This document shows, in pieces, positions 40,838 through 54,674 of a stretch of 64,000 nt of DNA; position 1 is the stretch's first letter; each line of letters starts with the position of its first letter. This stretch comes from Eledone cirrhosa (taxonomy: Eukaryota), in assembly GCA_964016885.1 (NCBI GenBank), contig OZ024743.1, positions 17,608,001 through 17,672,000 on the forward strand, in the 5' to 3' direction. A program made the translations under genes and the position numbers. The notes beneath the pieces were generated by a model. It made no database searches, was not told the origin of the DNA, and saw only the letters and a program-made list of their open reading frames with translations.

Positions 40838-43800
40838 TCGAAATGTAACAAAGGAATTTATAAAATCGATGGGTCCGAAATCAGAGACAGAGAGGACGTC
40901 TGACCAACTAGCTGCTTTCACCTCGATCAGTCGCCCTTAAGTGATGGCAACCCAGTCCACTAATGACCATCTGTTGAGGGGGCGAAGGCTTATAATGCAC
41001 TACCACCTCTCCGTCAGAGAATACAAAAAGAAGAAAGAAAGATAGAAAGAAAGAAGAGAAGTTAGCGTAAGGGTCACACTACAATCATGCTAGAAAAGGC
41101 CGCGATAAATGTTATTCCAAAGAACCCATATATTAACAAAGGCATATATAGGGGTGTCTGTATAGTCTAATGTGTACAGAAAATTGGAACGTTAACTTAT
41201 GTTAAGTATTATAGGATGAAATTAGATTATTAGAAAATTAATAGAAAATTAAAAGTTTGTGTTGCGAAAATTATTTTATGAAATTACCAAGAGAATCTTA
41301 TATGAAAAAGTTTAAGTGCATTATAGGGAATCTAAATAAGTTATCAAGGTGGGATATAGAGCAAAGATAAAAACTTCGATTGTAAATCCCACCCAGCACC
41401 TCCCAACCACGTGTCAGCCAGTCTCGAGTGGTATCGTCTAGCGAAATAAATGGAAATTAATTTTTCCGAGTACTCTAGGAACGTAGCTGCAATAGGCCCC
41501 GAGTGTGCCAGCGGGAAGTCAACCAGCTTCTACAGGCCATCGTATATACCAAACGAATACTATTATATACGCATGAGGAGTTTATTTACGTGCCAGGACA
41601 GGGAGGCATGATACAGCTAACAGTTATGCCTAAGCCTAGAGTTTATAGGTATGAGTATAATGTGGCGGTTAAAACAGGCGGCGTGACGGGCCCCGGGGCA
41701 GATCCAGCCACTCCGTGTACTTTCGTTTACCGAAAGATGGGAACAGTTATTTTTCCAAGCACTCAAGGAAGGCATAACCTCCCTAGGACCCGGCGCACAG
41801 CCGAGAGATCAATACATGTTTAAGTAGAATACGTAGTATAGACGATGGCTGTAGAAGCTGATTGACTTCCCTTCAAAAACTTGGTAAACATAATTTCAGC
41901 TTTAATACGGAAATAGGCCATTTGGTTTAACCAGTCAGCTGTCCATGCTAGGCATAATGTGTGCTTTTTGTCCTTCAAACACGTCAATGAACGTTTTATC
42001 AAGGGCAAACAAAGTGAGGATACATCTTCAGACGTCTTATGAAAAATGAATTCTTCATAACCCACACCGAATTTATTCATTCCTTAGCGACACATTTATG
42101 GGAAACGTATACGCTAATTAAATGACTAGATTGCTGAAATAGCGGGTGTTTTGAGAAACAAACATTCATGCTTAGCACTTACATATATCAGGTGGTTAAC
42201 TCACGGGAATTAATCAGCTAGCCAAATACTTGATCATTACGATTAGTTTCGAGTAATTAAATCCATAGTATCATATGGTGTTATTCGTGTATCCCTATAA
42301 AGAGAACTTGCAGCCTAATGATATTCATATTCTATGAATATTCTGAACACGCTTTATTTAGTTGTATATATTTATTGTATCTTGCATTTCTCATAAAATA
42401 AAATAATTCATTTATAGAAACAGCTAGAGTTCAGATACATACTTATTGTGTTTTAAAGGCACTATACAATAATATATATATTCATAAAATCCATGTCAGG
42501 TATTTGAAATCTTAGATGAATAGAATAACAAATACAGCTTTTTTGTAATTTGATATACTTATCAAATATATTTATGTTTAATGTAATTATTTGTTGTATG
42601 TGCTTACATTTTATTATTTCAGCAATGGTAATAGAGAGCAGTATTTGTAGTTGGTTTTCTAATGTCACGTATTGCTTATATAATATTTACTTATTACGAT
42701 CAAATAAGATGTATTTTTTTTTTAAGTAATATTCATTAATATATTCGTATTATTTTTTTTTTAACAATCTCTCCCTTCAGCTTTATAAACATACACAAAC
42801 ACAAACACACACACATACAAACACATACAAACACTCGCACACATATTGTGTGTGGGGATGGGGTGGGCGGGACAGACACACCTTCGGTGACTACGTGTGT
42901 ACGGCTGTGTGCATAAATGGATTATTTCTTATAACAATTGTGAAACTCAGATCAGTTTGAAAATTTCAATAATTAATTCAAAGAGAATATTAGAATTCGA
43001 AATATATCCACGGAAATATATTTGACCCGTGTAATGCACTCAGCTCCCGGCAATATCCGGTTGTTAGACAGATGGTAATTTTTAGATGGAGGCATACTAT
43101 CCAACAAAAGGATATATAGTGAGATAATTCAGAGTAATATCATTTACCAGTAGTATATTCTCTCAAACAGATCTGAAGAAGTTCCTCTAAAGGAAAAGGC
43201 TGCTGCTCCTCTATTACTAATTTTGAATTTAATTCCAAATATTACAGTTCAATGAAAACAGGAATATGTTAAATAATACTATATGAAAGAATGCAAACCA
43301 TTAAGTAATATAATATTAAATGTAGTGTACGTATCTGCATATGCATTAACTCAGATCTTATTTCCTGTGATGTAATTGTGATTCTTAAAGGGATCCTAAT
43401 GAAGTTCAATGTTAATAAACGAAAATGACATGAATTAATCTATATAGTTAGGACATAATCATGCCAGTTTCTTTATAAATGATAGTAATAGAAATTCTCG
43501 AAACTCGGATGGATGTAAATTCATTATTTCCTAATTTTTTCTAAACAGTGATATTTAGCGTTGACTCCTGATATGGTGAGTTCAGATTAAATCTGTTCAG
43601 GCATCCTTTAATATAAATGTCCTGAAATATACTACTGTTGCGTCATTTATTCTCAGAAATATCATACACTAAGAATATATTTAACACATGTGGAAAACAT
43701 CGCCACATTTGTTATCCTCGTTCTCTTCAGTAGAAAAAATAAAACAATTATTCGTCTAAAAAAAACGTAATATATATACAATGGATATAACGCTTTATTA

Positions 43801-43987
43801 AATACCATGCGAAATTTGAGTATGTTCTCTTCGCACAACGATACGTCGTTGACATTGCAACATTACATTCGAATTCTGCGGAAATAACTGCGATTTGTGT
43901 AACATTTACAAATTGCCAAATTTATCGTCAATTTCATCACTATAAAAAAAAACAATGACACTAACATAAATTATTTTACTACATCGA

Positions 43988-44076
43988 TTCTTCTTCTTCT
44001 TCTTCTTCTTCTTCTTCTTCTTCTTCTTCTTCTTCTTCTTCTTCTTCTTCTTCTTCTTCTTCTTCTTCTTCTTCTT

Positions 44077-44107
<31 letters not shown>
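43988..44107. repeat. (TTC)n microsatellite
   Basis: About 40 perfect TTC units. Confidence 0.98.
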
Positions 44108-44109
<2 letters not shown>

Positions 44110-44164
44110 ACTACTACCACCACAACTCCTAATAATAATAATATTCATAATAATGATAATAATT

Positions 44165-44290
44165 GTGTTTATTTTTGTCACAAGGCCAGCAATTAACCAG
44201 TGTATTACTGGTACTTTATTTCATCGACCCCGTAAGGAGGAAATCAAAAGTTAACCACCGCGAGATTTGAACTCAGACCATAAAAGGCCA
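44165..44290 (-). mobile_element. SINE family S1, partial
   Basis: Reverse complement reads TCTGAGTTCAAATC...CCTTACGGGGTCGATGAAATAAAGTACCAG...GCTGGCCTTGTG. Confidence 0.8.
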
Positions 44291-44335
44291 TCACTTAATA
44301 ATGATAATAACACAAATTATTATTATTATTATTAT

Positions 44336-47300
44336 TGGCGACCTACGTAGGAAATCGTATTATCGTGAGCTCCGCAAAGTTTGTGGTTTTCAGTTGTTTC
44401 AAATTGCCATTTATGGAACATTTTTGTTGTTAAGTGTTTATAATTTCACATATATTGCTTTCGAAAAAGGACACTCAAAAAGATTGGGTCCTTGAGCCCA
44501 AAATTTAAACTTTTATAATTATCAAACAAAAAATTCTTTGAAAAAATCATGGACGACACACACCTACTCCAAGCTGAGATCCTTCCTCACAAACTAACAC
44601 CTCACACCAACACCACCATTGTAAATATTACTACGTTTGCCAACACTAAATATATAAGCAGTAGCAATAATTTAAATTTGTCTCATGCAGACATTCATTT
44701 CCCGCCATTACCAAAAACTGCAGGTGTTAAATCCGCCACCCACACCACCACCACAGCGACAACAGAAACAAAAGAAAAAAATAAATTATTATCTCGTGAC
44801 ATAGAAATGGATTCACCCAGAGTCGACTCTTCCACACCGAACGCCACTGACGCCATCACCACCACAACTGAAACTAAAAATAACAATAGCAAAAATAACA
44901 ATAAAAACAACAGCAAAAAGACAAATGAGAATAACAACAAAAACATCAACACCACCGCAAATGTGTCATTTGCCAAAGCAGCCAAGAAATGCGAAACAAT
45001 CTAGGTAACTTAGGACGAATTAAATGGAGCCAAGAGAATGGTAAATAAAGATGGGTACATGGTCAGCCTTAAACCTAATAAAATGGAGCATCGGCGCCTA
45101 TGCACCGTGTCTTATGCGACGATTAACACAAAATCGCGCCGAGTGCAACGGGCATCCGAGTCCCAAGTCCAAAAAGTATGGGACATGTTGGGTGGAAAAA
45201 ACCCACATCAGACGTGGCCAGAAATATGGAACCGTGGACGTGTTCTTTGGAACAGCACAGTAGGCCAAAGAGCACTGCATGGCCCCATTAAGAAGCGATG
45301 ACTTCACACTCGTCCCAAGCTATTGTGGCCAGAGACTCGTGAGAAACAGTGTTACCCACGTTCCACCGGCCATCGAAATTCCCTGGCTAATGACTGCCGT
45401 CCTCGCCTGCATCGAGGTCAACACCAAAATAATTGAAATATCAAATGAAAAGCAGGAGAACTGGGCCGGATATGGGATGGAGCTCCTGATCCAAGCGGAC
45501 CAAAAATGCATTGAGGAAATCACTGACGGCAGCCACCTCACCGTAATCGTCGAGGGTAGATGGCCTAGGTGTGTCGTTTGTGGTGAAGGAACCCACCTAA
45601 GGGCTTTCTGCCCTCAGGTTAAAAACTTGAGGCAATTCTCTCTCTTACCCACCGCAGTGACTCAACCATCAAAACCACCAGCAACAGAAATGGCAGCAAA
45701 AACAGAAGCAACTGTAGCAACAACAACCCCAGCGACAGTAGCAAATCCAACACCACCACCACCCAACGCACGAGAACTAGCACTAGCGCCTACACCATCC
45801 ACCACGCCACCACCAAAACCAACGCCTGTGGATGATTTACCACTCCCCCACCTATCGCAACTGGAGACAGATTGTGACGTCGAGGAGTGGGAAACGGTAT
45901 CAAGAAAAAAGAAAAAAAGAAAAAGAAGCCAAAAAAGAAAAAAAAGAAAAAGAAGCCAAAAAAAAAAATCCTTTTCCTTCCCCCTCCAAAAACATAATAC
46001 AGAGGGAAACAAATAAACTATGAAACAAAAAAGTTAGGACAGATATGCCACCATCCACACCAGCATCACCAACCCCATCACCACAAACACCAACACCATC
46101 ACCATCATTAACCCCTACACCAATATCAACAACACCACAAAACTCACCAACAAGCGAAACACAAAGAAACCCACAACAAACGCAAACAAAACAAAACAAT
46201 CAAAACGATACACACTAAACAGCATTAAATTTGAACAACAACCAATTATTACACTACATCCAACACAGCACCAGCATCACAGAAAACGACTACACAACAC
46301 CACAAAAGTTCACACCACCTCCACACATACAAATAACTCGCATCACACAGAAAACGTACACGACACTAAAACAAAAATTCCTCAATGACATCTGAGATTT
46401 CCGACAAGCACTCTCCAATAGGATTTATAAGGACATCCTTCCGGAGGAGGGCACAGGCAGTGAAATGGATGGAGAAACAATCCTTCCTCTAACAGAAGTA
46501 AGGTAAGTGATCTTTCCCATCTTTTCCACTCCTTTTCAACATTACCTTACTCAGAAACGCAGCATAAATGCGCGTGGCTTGGGGGTCGTCTTGCAAGCAG
46601 GGCCACCTGCTCAACAACCTCAGGTCACCAAACAAAGATGTAGTGGACATCAGCGAGACCAGAATCTCCGAAGCCCGGGCCTTCGCACCGATCTTCGACG
46701 GCTATGATGTTTACGCATCTCCGAGCCGTCCTGGATCGGGACGGGGATTTGCTGTGCTTTTTCGGAGAGGTTTGGATCTCGCCATAAGGGCCATCTTTCC
46801 TGGAGCCAGAAGGTAATTTGGTGGTGGCGGACGTGACCAGCGGAGACGGGCAAGCTTTCAGGCCAGTGGCAAACTATGCCCTGACAGGAGCAGCGCGGCC
46901 TGATATCTTCCGGCGTCTGGAGAACTTTCTTGGAACGTCCCGCTCTTTAGTGTTAGTGGGCGACTGGAACGGGATCTTAGATGCACGCTGGGACTGTGTG
47001 GGATTAGCGGATAGGAGATGAGGGTGCAAGAGCCTCACCAACCTACTCAGGCGTTTTGAACTGTCTGACAGGTACCGATTGGATTTCCCGAATGTGCCAA
47101 TGTGGACTTGTACAAACCGCATCGTGGCATCCAGATCATATCTAGATAGAGTATTTTGTAGGGAAATAGATAGGTCTAGCATAGGCTGTCCACAATTCAA
47201 GATAGTCAGCTACACGGACCACAAATTCGTGATCTGTGTGCTTGACGTAGATAGGCTTCATAGACGAGGACCCGGCTACTGGAAGCTAAACGCATCCTTA

Positions 47301-49453
47301 CCAGCGCGCAAGGCCTACAGAGACCGGATTAGCGAACAAGTTAAGCGGGCGTTGACGGGGGCCATCGTCAACAACAAGTGGTGGATTGCTCTGAAAAGAG
47401 CGATTAGAATAGAGTTCATTAGGTTTAGTAAGTATTTAGCTATAGAGAAAAATAGAGCAGAGGGAGAAATAGTTAGAAAATTAGACGAGGCGCTACGCAA
47501 AGACATCGCGACAGACGTACTTGCGGCGAAATTGGCTCTTGACCAATTTTTCAATGCAAAGCGCGAGGTGCATTGTCAGAGTTAGGCTGAGTGCTCTCAG
47601 ACACGAGGGGATGAAAGCTGTTTAATGGGCCCGAGTGGCGGAGGGGCGTCGTGGCAAAAAAACCACGATCCGGTCTTTGGTGGAACATGATGGGCGCATC
47701 CTACTCGATCCCGGGAATATAGATAAAGCTTTTCAGCGGCATTTCCCTTAGCTGTTCGGGAACAGCGGTGGGCCGGATCGAGATATGGACCTTAGTGTAT
47801 ACCTCGACGGACTGCCGCGGCTCTCGGCCACTGAGGCAGAGTGTTGCGAAAAGCCGATAACAATCGCTGAAGTACGGCTGGCAATGATAGGCTGTTCAAG
47901 TGGTAAATCGCCTTGTTTGGATGGTCTGCCTTATGAACTTTACGTACAGATTCCAGACTTGTTCTGACCCCTCTTGGCGGACGTCTACTGCAACTGGCAA
48001 CAGCACGGGAGAATTCCAAGCTCTGTGAACTGAGGAGCGGTGGCGCTGCTAAGAAAGCATCCGAACAAGGGGGATAACATATATAATTTCAGGTGCATAA
48101 CTCTGCTAAACCTAGAGTTTAAGATTTCGGCCAAGGTGCTAGCAAAGAGGTTGGCGCTTGTCGTTGGTGGTCTGGTGGGAGAAGGGGTTGCATGCGCCAT
48201 TCCCGACAGATCCATCCACGACAACCTCCACCTCATGTGATACATCGTGGAGAGGGTAACTAGGGAACCTGGCACGGGTGGGTCCTTCATCAATTTAGAT
48301 CAGTCGAAAGCTTTCGATAGAGTCGACCATCGTTACCTAGCGGCAATCCTGAGGGCGGCTGGCTTTGGGCGCGTCTTCAGAGGCTGGATCGCTGCCATGC
48401 GCAGCAACATCTGCTCTGTGGTGACAATGAACGGTCCCCTTTCGGAACTGTTCGACATCATGCGCTCGGTCCACCAAGGATGTCCCCACTCGACCCTCTT
48501 GTACGTATGGACTCTCGAGCCTTTACTGCACAGACTGGAGACGTTGAGGGGGTCCCACGCGAACTAGTATGCGGAAGATCCGTGTCAGCATATGCGGACG
48601 ATATCACCGTAGTGGTGTCAAACGCCAAACACATCGAGGCGATCGGCACTACACTAAGAGAATAAGAAGCATTGACAGGAACAATGATCAATCGGGAAAA
48701 GTCAGTGGGCTTGCAGCTCGGAGGTGGCTAGCGTGTACATCACATCCGTCATCTACTACCGCCTGACAGTCTTACCTTATCCTAAGCCTCTCCTGACTGC
48801 GCGGGAGCGTTTGCTCTTACGCTTTTTGTGGAAGGGACGTGGTCCGATGGTCAGGCGGTCCATATGCTGTCAACACCCGCTACGTGGAGGGCTGGGCATG
48901 ACGTGGCTGGTGATGCGCAGGCACGCGCTCAGGCTACGACATCTCCACCTCTTCCTCGACAGTGATCAGGTGTGATCGCCGTTTGCTAGACGCTCGTCTC
49001 CTCGACGGAGCTGCAGTCCTGGTTCAAGCTAAGATCGAGAGGGAGCGGTTGGAGACTGGAATGTCTTCAGGCGTTCACAGCCCTCGATCAATCAGGCAAT
49101 GTGAGAGGTGGAAACTCCACCTTCGCATTCTATAGAGGATTAGTGGAGGGGAAGACGACGACGTACTTGGGGAAACTCTAGGCGTCGACGAAAATCAACT
49201 AGCCAATCTCTTCGGAAGTACTTTCGGGCCAGGGCCTACCGAGTAACTTTGCCAGTTCGGGATAAACTCTACAGGCAAGATGTCCCTCGGAAGTCTGCCC
49301 CCTATTGGGGAATTTATTTCATTGTTCTATTATTACATCCTCTGTTTTTGTTTTTGTTTTTTACACGCAGAAATGCCCATTTGTACTGTCCTGTATTGTC
49401 CTGTACTGTCCTTAATGTCTACTTTATGTAAACCCTTGTGGTTAATAAAAAAA
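44336..49453 (+). mobile_element. Near full-length decayed Tx1-clade (L1 group) LINE
   Basis: ORF1 remnants from 44549 with CCHC knuckle CVVCGEGTHLRAFC (45570). ORF2 remnants: APE motifs SINARGL, ISETR, VGDWN, YLDRV, YTDH, WKLN; RT motifs LDQSKAFDRVDH, HQGCP, SAYADD. AATAAA tail; (TTA)n at both ends; internal deletions near 48720 and 49276. Confidence 0.92.
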
Positions 49454-49479
49454 GTATTATTATTATTATTATTATTATT

Positions 49480-52400
49480 ACAGCTGCATTTATCTTGATT
49501 TATGTTCATACGAGTTATAATCAAGTCATTACCAGTGACCTCAAGAGACAACAAGGTCCGCCATGTTCAAGAAAGAACATACATACTCACACATGCATCT
49601 TTAGGTACTTAGACTTGTGATGCACTTATATTGACAGAATCTTACTTAGTATATGGGCAGTTCCCATTAGTACTATCTTTTGTATTTCTCCTATACGCGG
49701 GTTTCCTGGGATTTGCGACAAGTAATCATTAGACCCCTTAGGTATCATTCCTAGAGCGCCTACAACCACTGGTATTGTTTTAGTTCTCAATTTCCACATG
49801 TTTCCAATTTCTATCTCCAGGTCCTTATACTTGTTCAATTTTTCAAATGTTTTTATAGATACATTCTTGTCTATTGGAATGGACATATCAATTAGCAGGT
49901 ATACCATCTTTTTAAAGTCATTCAGTATTATATCAGGTCTTTTGCATCTAGTTTTCGGTCTGTTTGGATGCAAAAGTTCCACAAGATTTAGATGTGATCT
50001 TTTTCAAGTATGGGAGGTGGTTGATGCTCCCACCAATTCTTTTGATGGGGCAGCTCAAAATGCTTACACATTATCCAATGTATGTATTGTGCAGCTCTGT
50101 CATGCCTGTTTAGGTATTCGGTTGGAGCTATAGCACTGCACATTGAAATTATATGGTCAATGGTCTCTGGTTGTTTTTTACATACACGGCATAATGGGCT
50201 GCATCCATTTTTTATTATGTTGGCTTGGTAATTTTGTATTGGCCGACACTGATCTTGTGCTGCTATAATCAGTCCTTCAGTCTCCGATTTCAGTCCAGAG
50301 GATGCCAACCACTGATGGGTTAAAGTTTTGTCAACATCAGGATTGTTAGCTCGTTCTGGGCATTTTCCATACAGAGGCTTTTCTTGCCATTTCTGAGCCA
50401 GTTTCTGTAGCAGTTCTTTCTTTGCAGTTACTTTTACCTGCTTTGCTTTTTTCTAATTTCCATTTCAGCAGTAAATGGGACTTCTGAAATTTGTAGTCCA
50501 TTACTGTATCTTTGTGCATCTTTTGTAATCGAGAATGACCTTTTGATGCTTTCGTGTTTCAAAACCAGTTTGATCATCCAATCATGTGATTCTCTTAGAT
50601 ATCTAGATAATCCAATTGTTGCAGTTTTCAACGCTATATCTAACTGGATTAACCCACGTCCTCCTTCGTTCCTAGGGAGATATATTCTATCTGTATCTGC
50701 CTTAGGGTGATGCATTCTGTGCATCGTTAAGAATTTTCGAATTTTTGTATCGAGCCTACGGATCTCTGTGCTTGACCAGTTGATGTCATTGTAACTGTAG
50801 GTTACTACTTGTATGGCAAGCGTGTTTATGGCATCGATCCTATTCCTTGCATTCAAATCCGTTCTTAAGATTGCTCTTACTCAGCGGTAACATTCCTTCC
50901 TTATCATTTCCCTCATTGTCGAGTGCTTGATTCAGTCTCCTTCACAAACACCTAGATATTTGTAAGTTCCCTCTTGATCAAGTTCTCTTATCACATTCCC
51001 TCGATCAAGATTATTGTCTGAACTTTTCAGCAGCTTTCCTCTGGTGAACGTTGCTTTGGCGCATTTATCTAGTCCAAACTCCATTTTAATGTCATCACTG
51101 CAATCGATAGATTTTTGTGTCTATTATGACAATCTTCCAGTATCATTTTGTTAACCAAAAGCTGATCCTTACAGCCATATGAGCCTCGTTTTAACCCTTT
51201 CTGCTCAATGGGAAATAGGTCATTTGTCATCAGGTGGTCATATGTATATTCAGTTAGGACTGATGTTAAAATTTTATACATTGTGGTCAAGCAAGTTATC
51301 GGTCTGTAATTTTTGGGATTGTTTGTCTCATCATTCTTCGGAAGCAGGAATGTAATGCCGTTAACTAGCCATGATGGTATCTTTTCTGGCTCCTTTGTAA
51401 AGTTGGGCTAACAGTTCATGAGACTCTGTGAATGCATTTATCCAAAAATGTTGTATTTTGTCTTTCCTGGGGATTTCCATTTGCTGGTTTTTCTTAGAGC
51501 CAAACGCAACTGTTCAACTGTTATATTTTCCCATATTTGTTCCTCAAGGTCAGCTGTATCTTTCATTTGTCTGTTTATCCATGGGGCATATATATTATGA
51601 ACTTTTTCTTCGGCCCAGATCTTTTCCCAGAATTCTTGCACTTCCTCCTTGGGTGGTATTGATTTAGCAGTTATTGTTGACTTACCAATTTTTCTGTAGA
51701 AGTTTCCTTGGTTGGTTTGAACATATTATTGTCCTTATAGAATCTAGATCGTTGTTCAAAGCGCCTTATACGAGCAGCTTTGGCAGACACTTTTTACTTG
51801 ATTATTTCTATCAGCATGCCTATGTCACTTGTTGGTTTTATACTGTACTTTTTTTCAATTGTCTAAGTTTAGTTTGTTTAACATGTTCACCTACTTTATA
51901 GTTTTTTTAAATTTCTATGTCAGATCGGAGAAGGTTTATTTGGCGATTTAATGTTCTCTTGCCAAGTAGATTTCTTGTGGGAATTCCTTTGTTTTTTCAT
52001 TTTCACTCCACATAAGTGAGTGGTGACTTTAGCCGATGCATAATAGAGCTGATTTAAATCAGTAATGTTTAGTTTGATTGTGATGATAATGTTTTTGATA
52101 ATTATGTTAGTCTTGTGTATTATCTTTTGGTTCTGTTTGGTGTTCTGGATCTTAGGGAGGGTGTCTCGTTCCCCCATGTCAGATTCTTTCATTTTCATCC
52201 ATTCGATCATAATTTCATCCTTCAAGTTGGCAAGTTCATTCTCAATCATTTCTTTATCATTTACGATCTCATTGTTTTCATTTGGAGTTTCATCTTGAGC
52301 ATGCTCTCCCTCCACGTTTTGGATCCTTTCTTTAATTTGTTCTGTTTTCAGTGATTCCGCCCCAACCCTGGGATTCGAAGTGTTACAATTTACATCGTTT

Positions 52401-54040
52401 TCACTAACACATGTTTCCTTTTCCCTTCGCTGACTTTGTGCTAATTGCTTGATCTGATTAATTTCTCTATCAGTTAGTAACATTTTTTTAACAATATTTC
52501 TTCGTATATTGGCTAGTTTGTCACTGTCAGTATAGCCTCTGTTTTCGGGATGTTTCTTTTTCCAGTTGATATATGTCTGTTCTGTATTCGATGTATTTGA
52601 TGGGTAGTACATGGCAGTGTAGAAAGCCTCAAGGACTTCTTTATTATCTTCCCTTGACCATTTTCTTTGGATTTCTTGGTGATGAGCATGGAGGGCCAAC
52701 AGTAGGCGTATTCCGGTTATGGGAGGTCTCCAGCGCCGAAGTGATGGGAAGGTTTGAATCATTAGCTGATTTTTCGACCCCAGTCTGGTTCCTCTCTGAG
52801 TGACGCGGCCCTTTTACCCGGGTGACGGCCGATGGTATGTGATTTTATCATTAGACATTTACTTTATTTTGTCGCGTTTTATCCTTATCCGCCAAGGGGT
52901 AATCATTTCGTGTTACCACTTCTAGAACGAGTGTCAACCAAGACTAGGGGGGTCGTTCTCCCCTAGAGACACGGCTATTCCCCGCCGGCCGCCACCCCTG
53001 TATTTCTTGGTCACGGGGTTTTCGTTTTTGTTGTTTTTTTAAATTGTTATTATCATGAGTGGTTCCTTAATGTGAGCATTGCGTGGCTTAAGAATGAAAT
53101 TATTAATAATGTCTCCACTCCAGGCACAAGGCCAGCAATTACCCAGTGCATTAGAATAATATAATATACTTTTGGCTGAAGTTGACTGTTATTGTTGTTG
53201 GCTATGTCGGTGGTGGTGCTGGGGATTTTTATATTGTTGGTGGGGACGGGGGGAGCCAGCAGTGCCACAGTTGTTGACGTTTGGCCGGTGGCCGGGTCAC
53301 TATGTCAACCTTTTTATATCTTTTGCTAGCCTCTCCCTTGTCTAGTGATACCGCCACCTTCCCTTTTATTATGTTAACAGAGGTAATGGGGAATAGTGGT
53401 GGTAGCAATGAAGGAGTGGTGGCGGCGGTGATGGGATAGTGGTAGCAAGGATGGATGGAGTGGTGGCGGCGGTGGCGTTGTCGTTACTGAGTTTTGTTGA
53501 ATTGACTGTAGTTTTGTTTGATCTGTAGTATCTATGCGTTTGTGTCGCGTATGTTTAATATATGTGTTGACATATTCCCTTAATATTGCAATTAAACATT
53601 TTGTTAAAACTTGAGACAATAATAATAGTAATTATTATTATGATGCTGGGATTGGTGGTGGTGGTGAAATTGCCGTTATCTGGCTGTTGTATTTAGTGTA
53701 CACAGCTGGGTGATGTGGTAGGTGGTGTATCTAGTATCTGGTGTTGTGAAATTGCTGTTATTTGGCTGTTCTATATAGTGTAGACAGAGGGTGTTTTCTT
53801 CCATTTATAACCATTTTCTTTTTTGAATATAAAATGTATAATACAAAATTCAATATTTGAGCGATATAACAATATATTATGGATCCGAATTTTTATGAGA
53901 CGTGATTCGGTGCTTTATGCATCATTTGTACTAAGAATTGTTATTTCACAATTGATTTAAATATGTTAAAAATCAAAACTTACGGGAGCGATTTCATGAC
54001 CTTCTACCACCACGCGCGACTTCTTCCCTTCTTCTTCTTA
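49480..54040 (-). mobile_element. Decayed Dong/R4-clade RLE LINE (DongA) with long 5' region
   Basis: ORF remnants 52858->49626: KWSREDN...FY N-terminal domain, WKSPG, EQKG...GCKDQLL, deletion of the RT catalytic core near 51100, CRVC...DHIISMC knuckle, RHD, RPDII RLE, VVGALG. (TTA)n at both ends. Confidence 0.9.
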
Positions 54041-54055
54041 TTATTATTATTATTA

Positions 54056-54650
54056 CCGTCCTGCACGAACACGTCCAGTGTCCGAGCATTGCTGATTGGG
54101 GGTTTATGTCGAACACCCGCTGTCGCGTGTAGGACTGATCCAGCTATCAGCTGAGTCCATCGTGAGGATTGCCCCGCCCTTTCCTTTAGCCGAGAAGGGC
54201 AGGAAGTTTTTATCTGTCTGGTGGCCATGGCGAGAAGAGATAGTATGGTGGACACGTTTGAAAGGGCTGAAGACGAGCATTTACCTCTTCCGTGATGCCC
54301 TGATTAACTTTTTCAAATTTCATTTGAAAAGGAAAATCAGGGTAGAAAGGGAAGTGCTCTCTTCCCAGCATTTTGTTGAAAGATGGGAAGAGAGCACTTC
54401 CCTTTCTAAGGTGGAAAACTGTGAGAGGGCACTTGCCCTGGTGGTCAGGGTCACTGTGGCTTTATAATGGGCTTTCTCCACCAATGTCCCTCGGAAGTCT
54501 CCCCCCTATTGGGGATTTTATTTTTCATTGTTATATCATTACATCCTCTGTTTTTTTTTTTACACGCAGAAATGCCCATTAGTACCCCCTGTATTGTCAT
54601 GTACTGTCCTTAATGTCTAGTTTATGTAAACGCTTGTGGTTAATAAAGAA
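54056..54650 (+). mobile_element. 5'-truncated Tx1 LINE 3' fragment
   Basis: Matches 56492-57077; flanked by (TTA)n. Confidence 0.9.
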
Positions 54651-54674
54651 ATCCTTAATACTATTATTATTATT

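Noticed and set aside
41981-42035. Minus-strand CTGAAGATG-TATC...GATA-AAACG HHR-like motif
   Set aside because: G12 is missing and stem III is broken; probable relic only.
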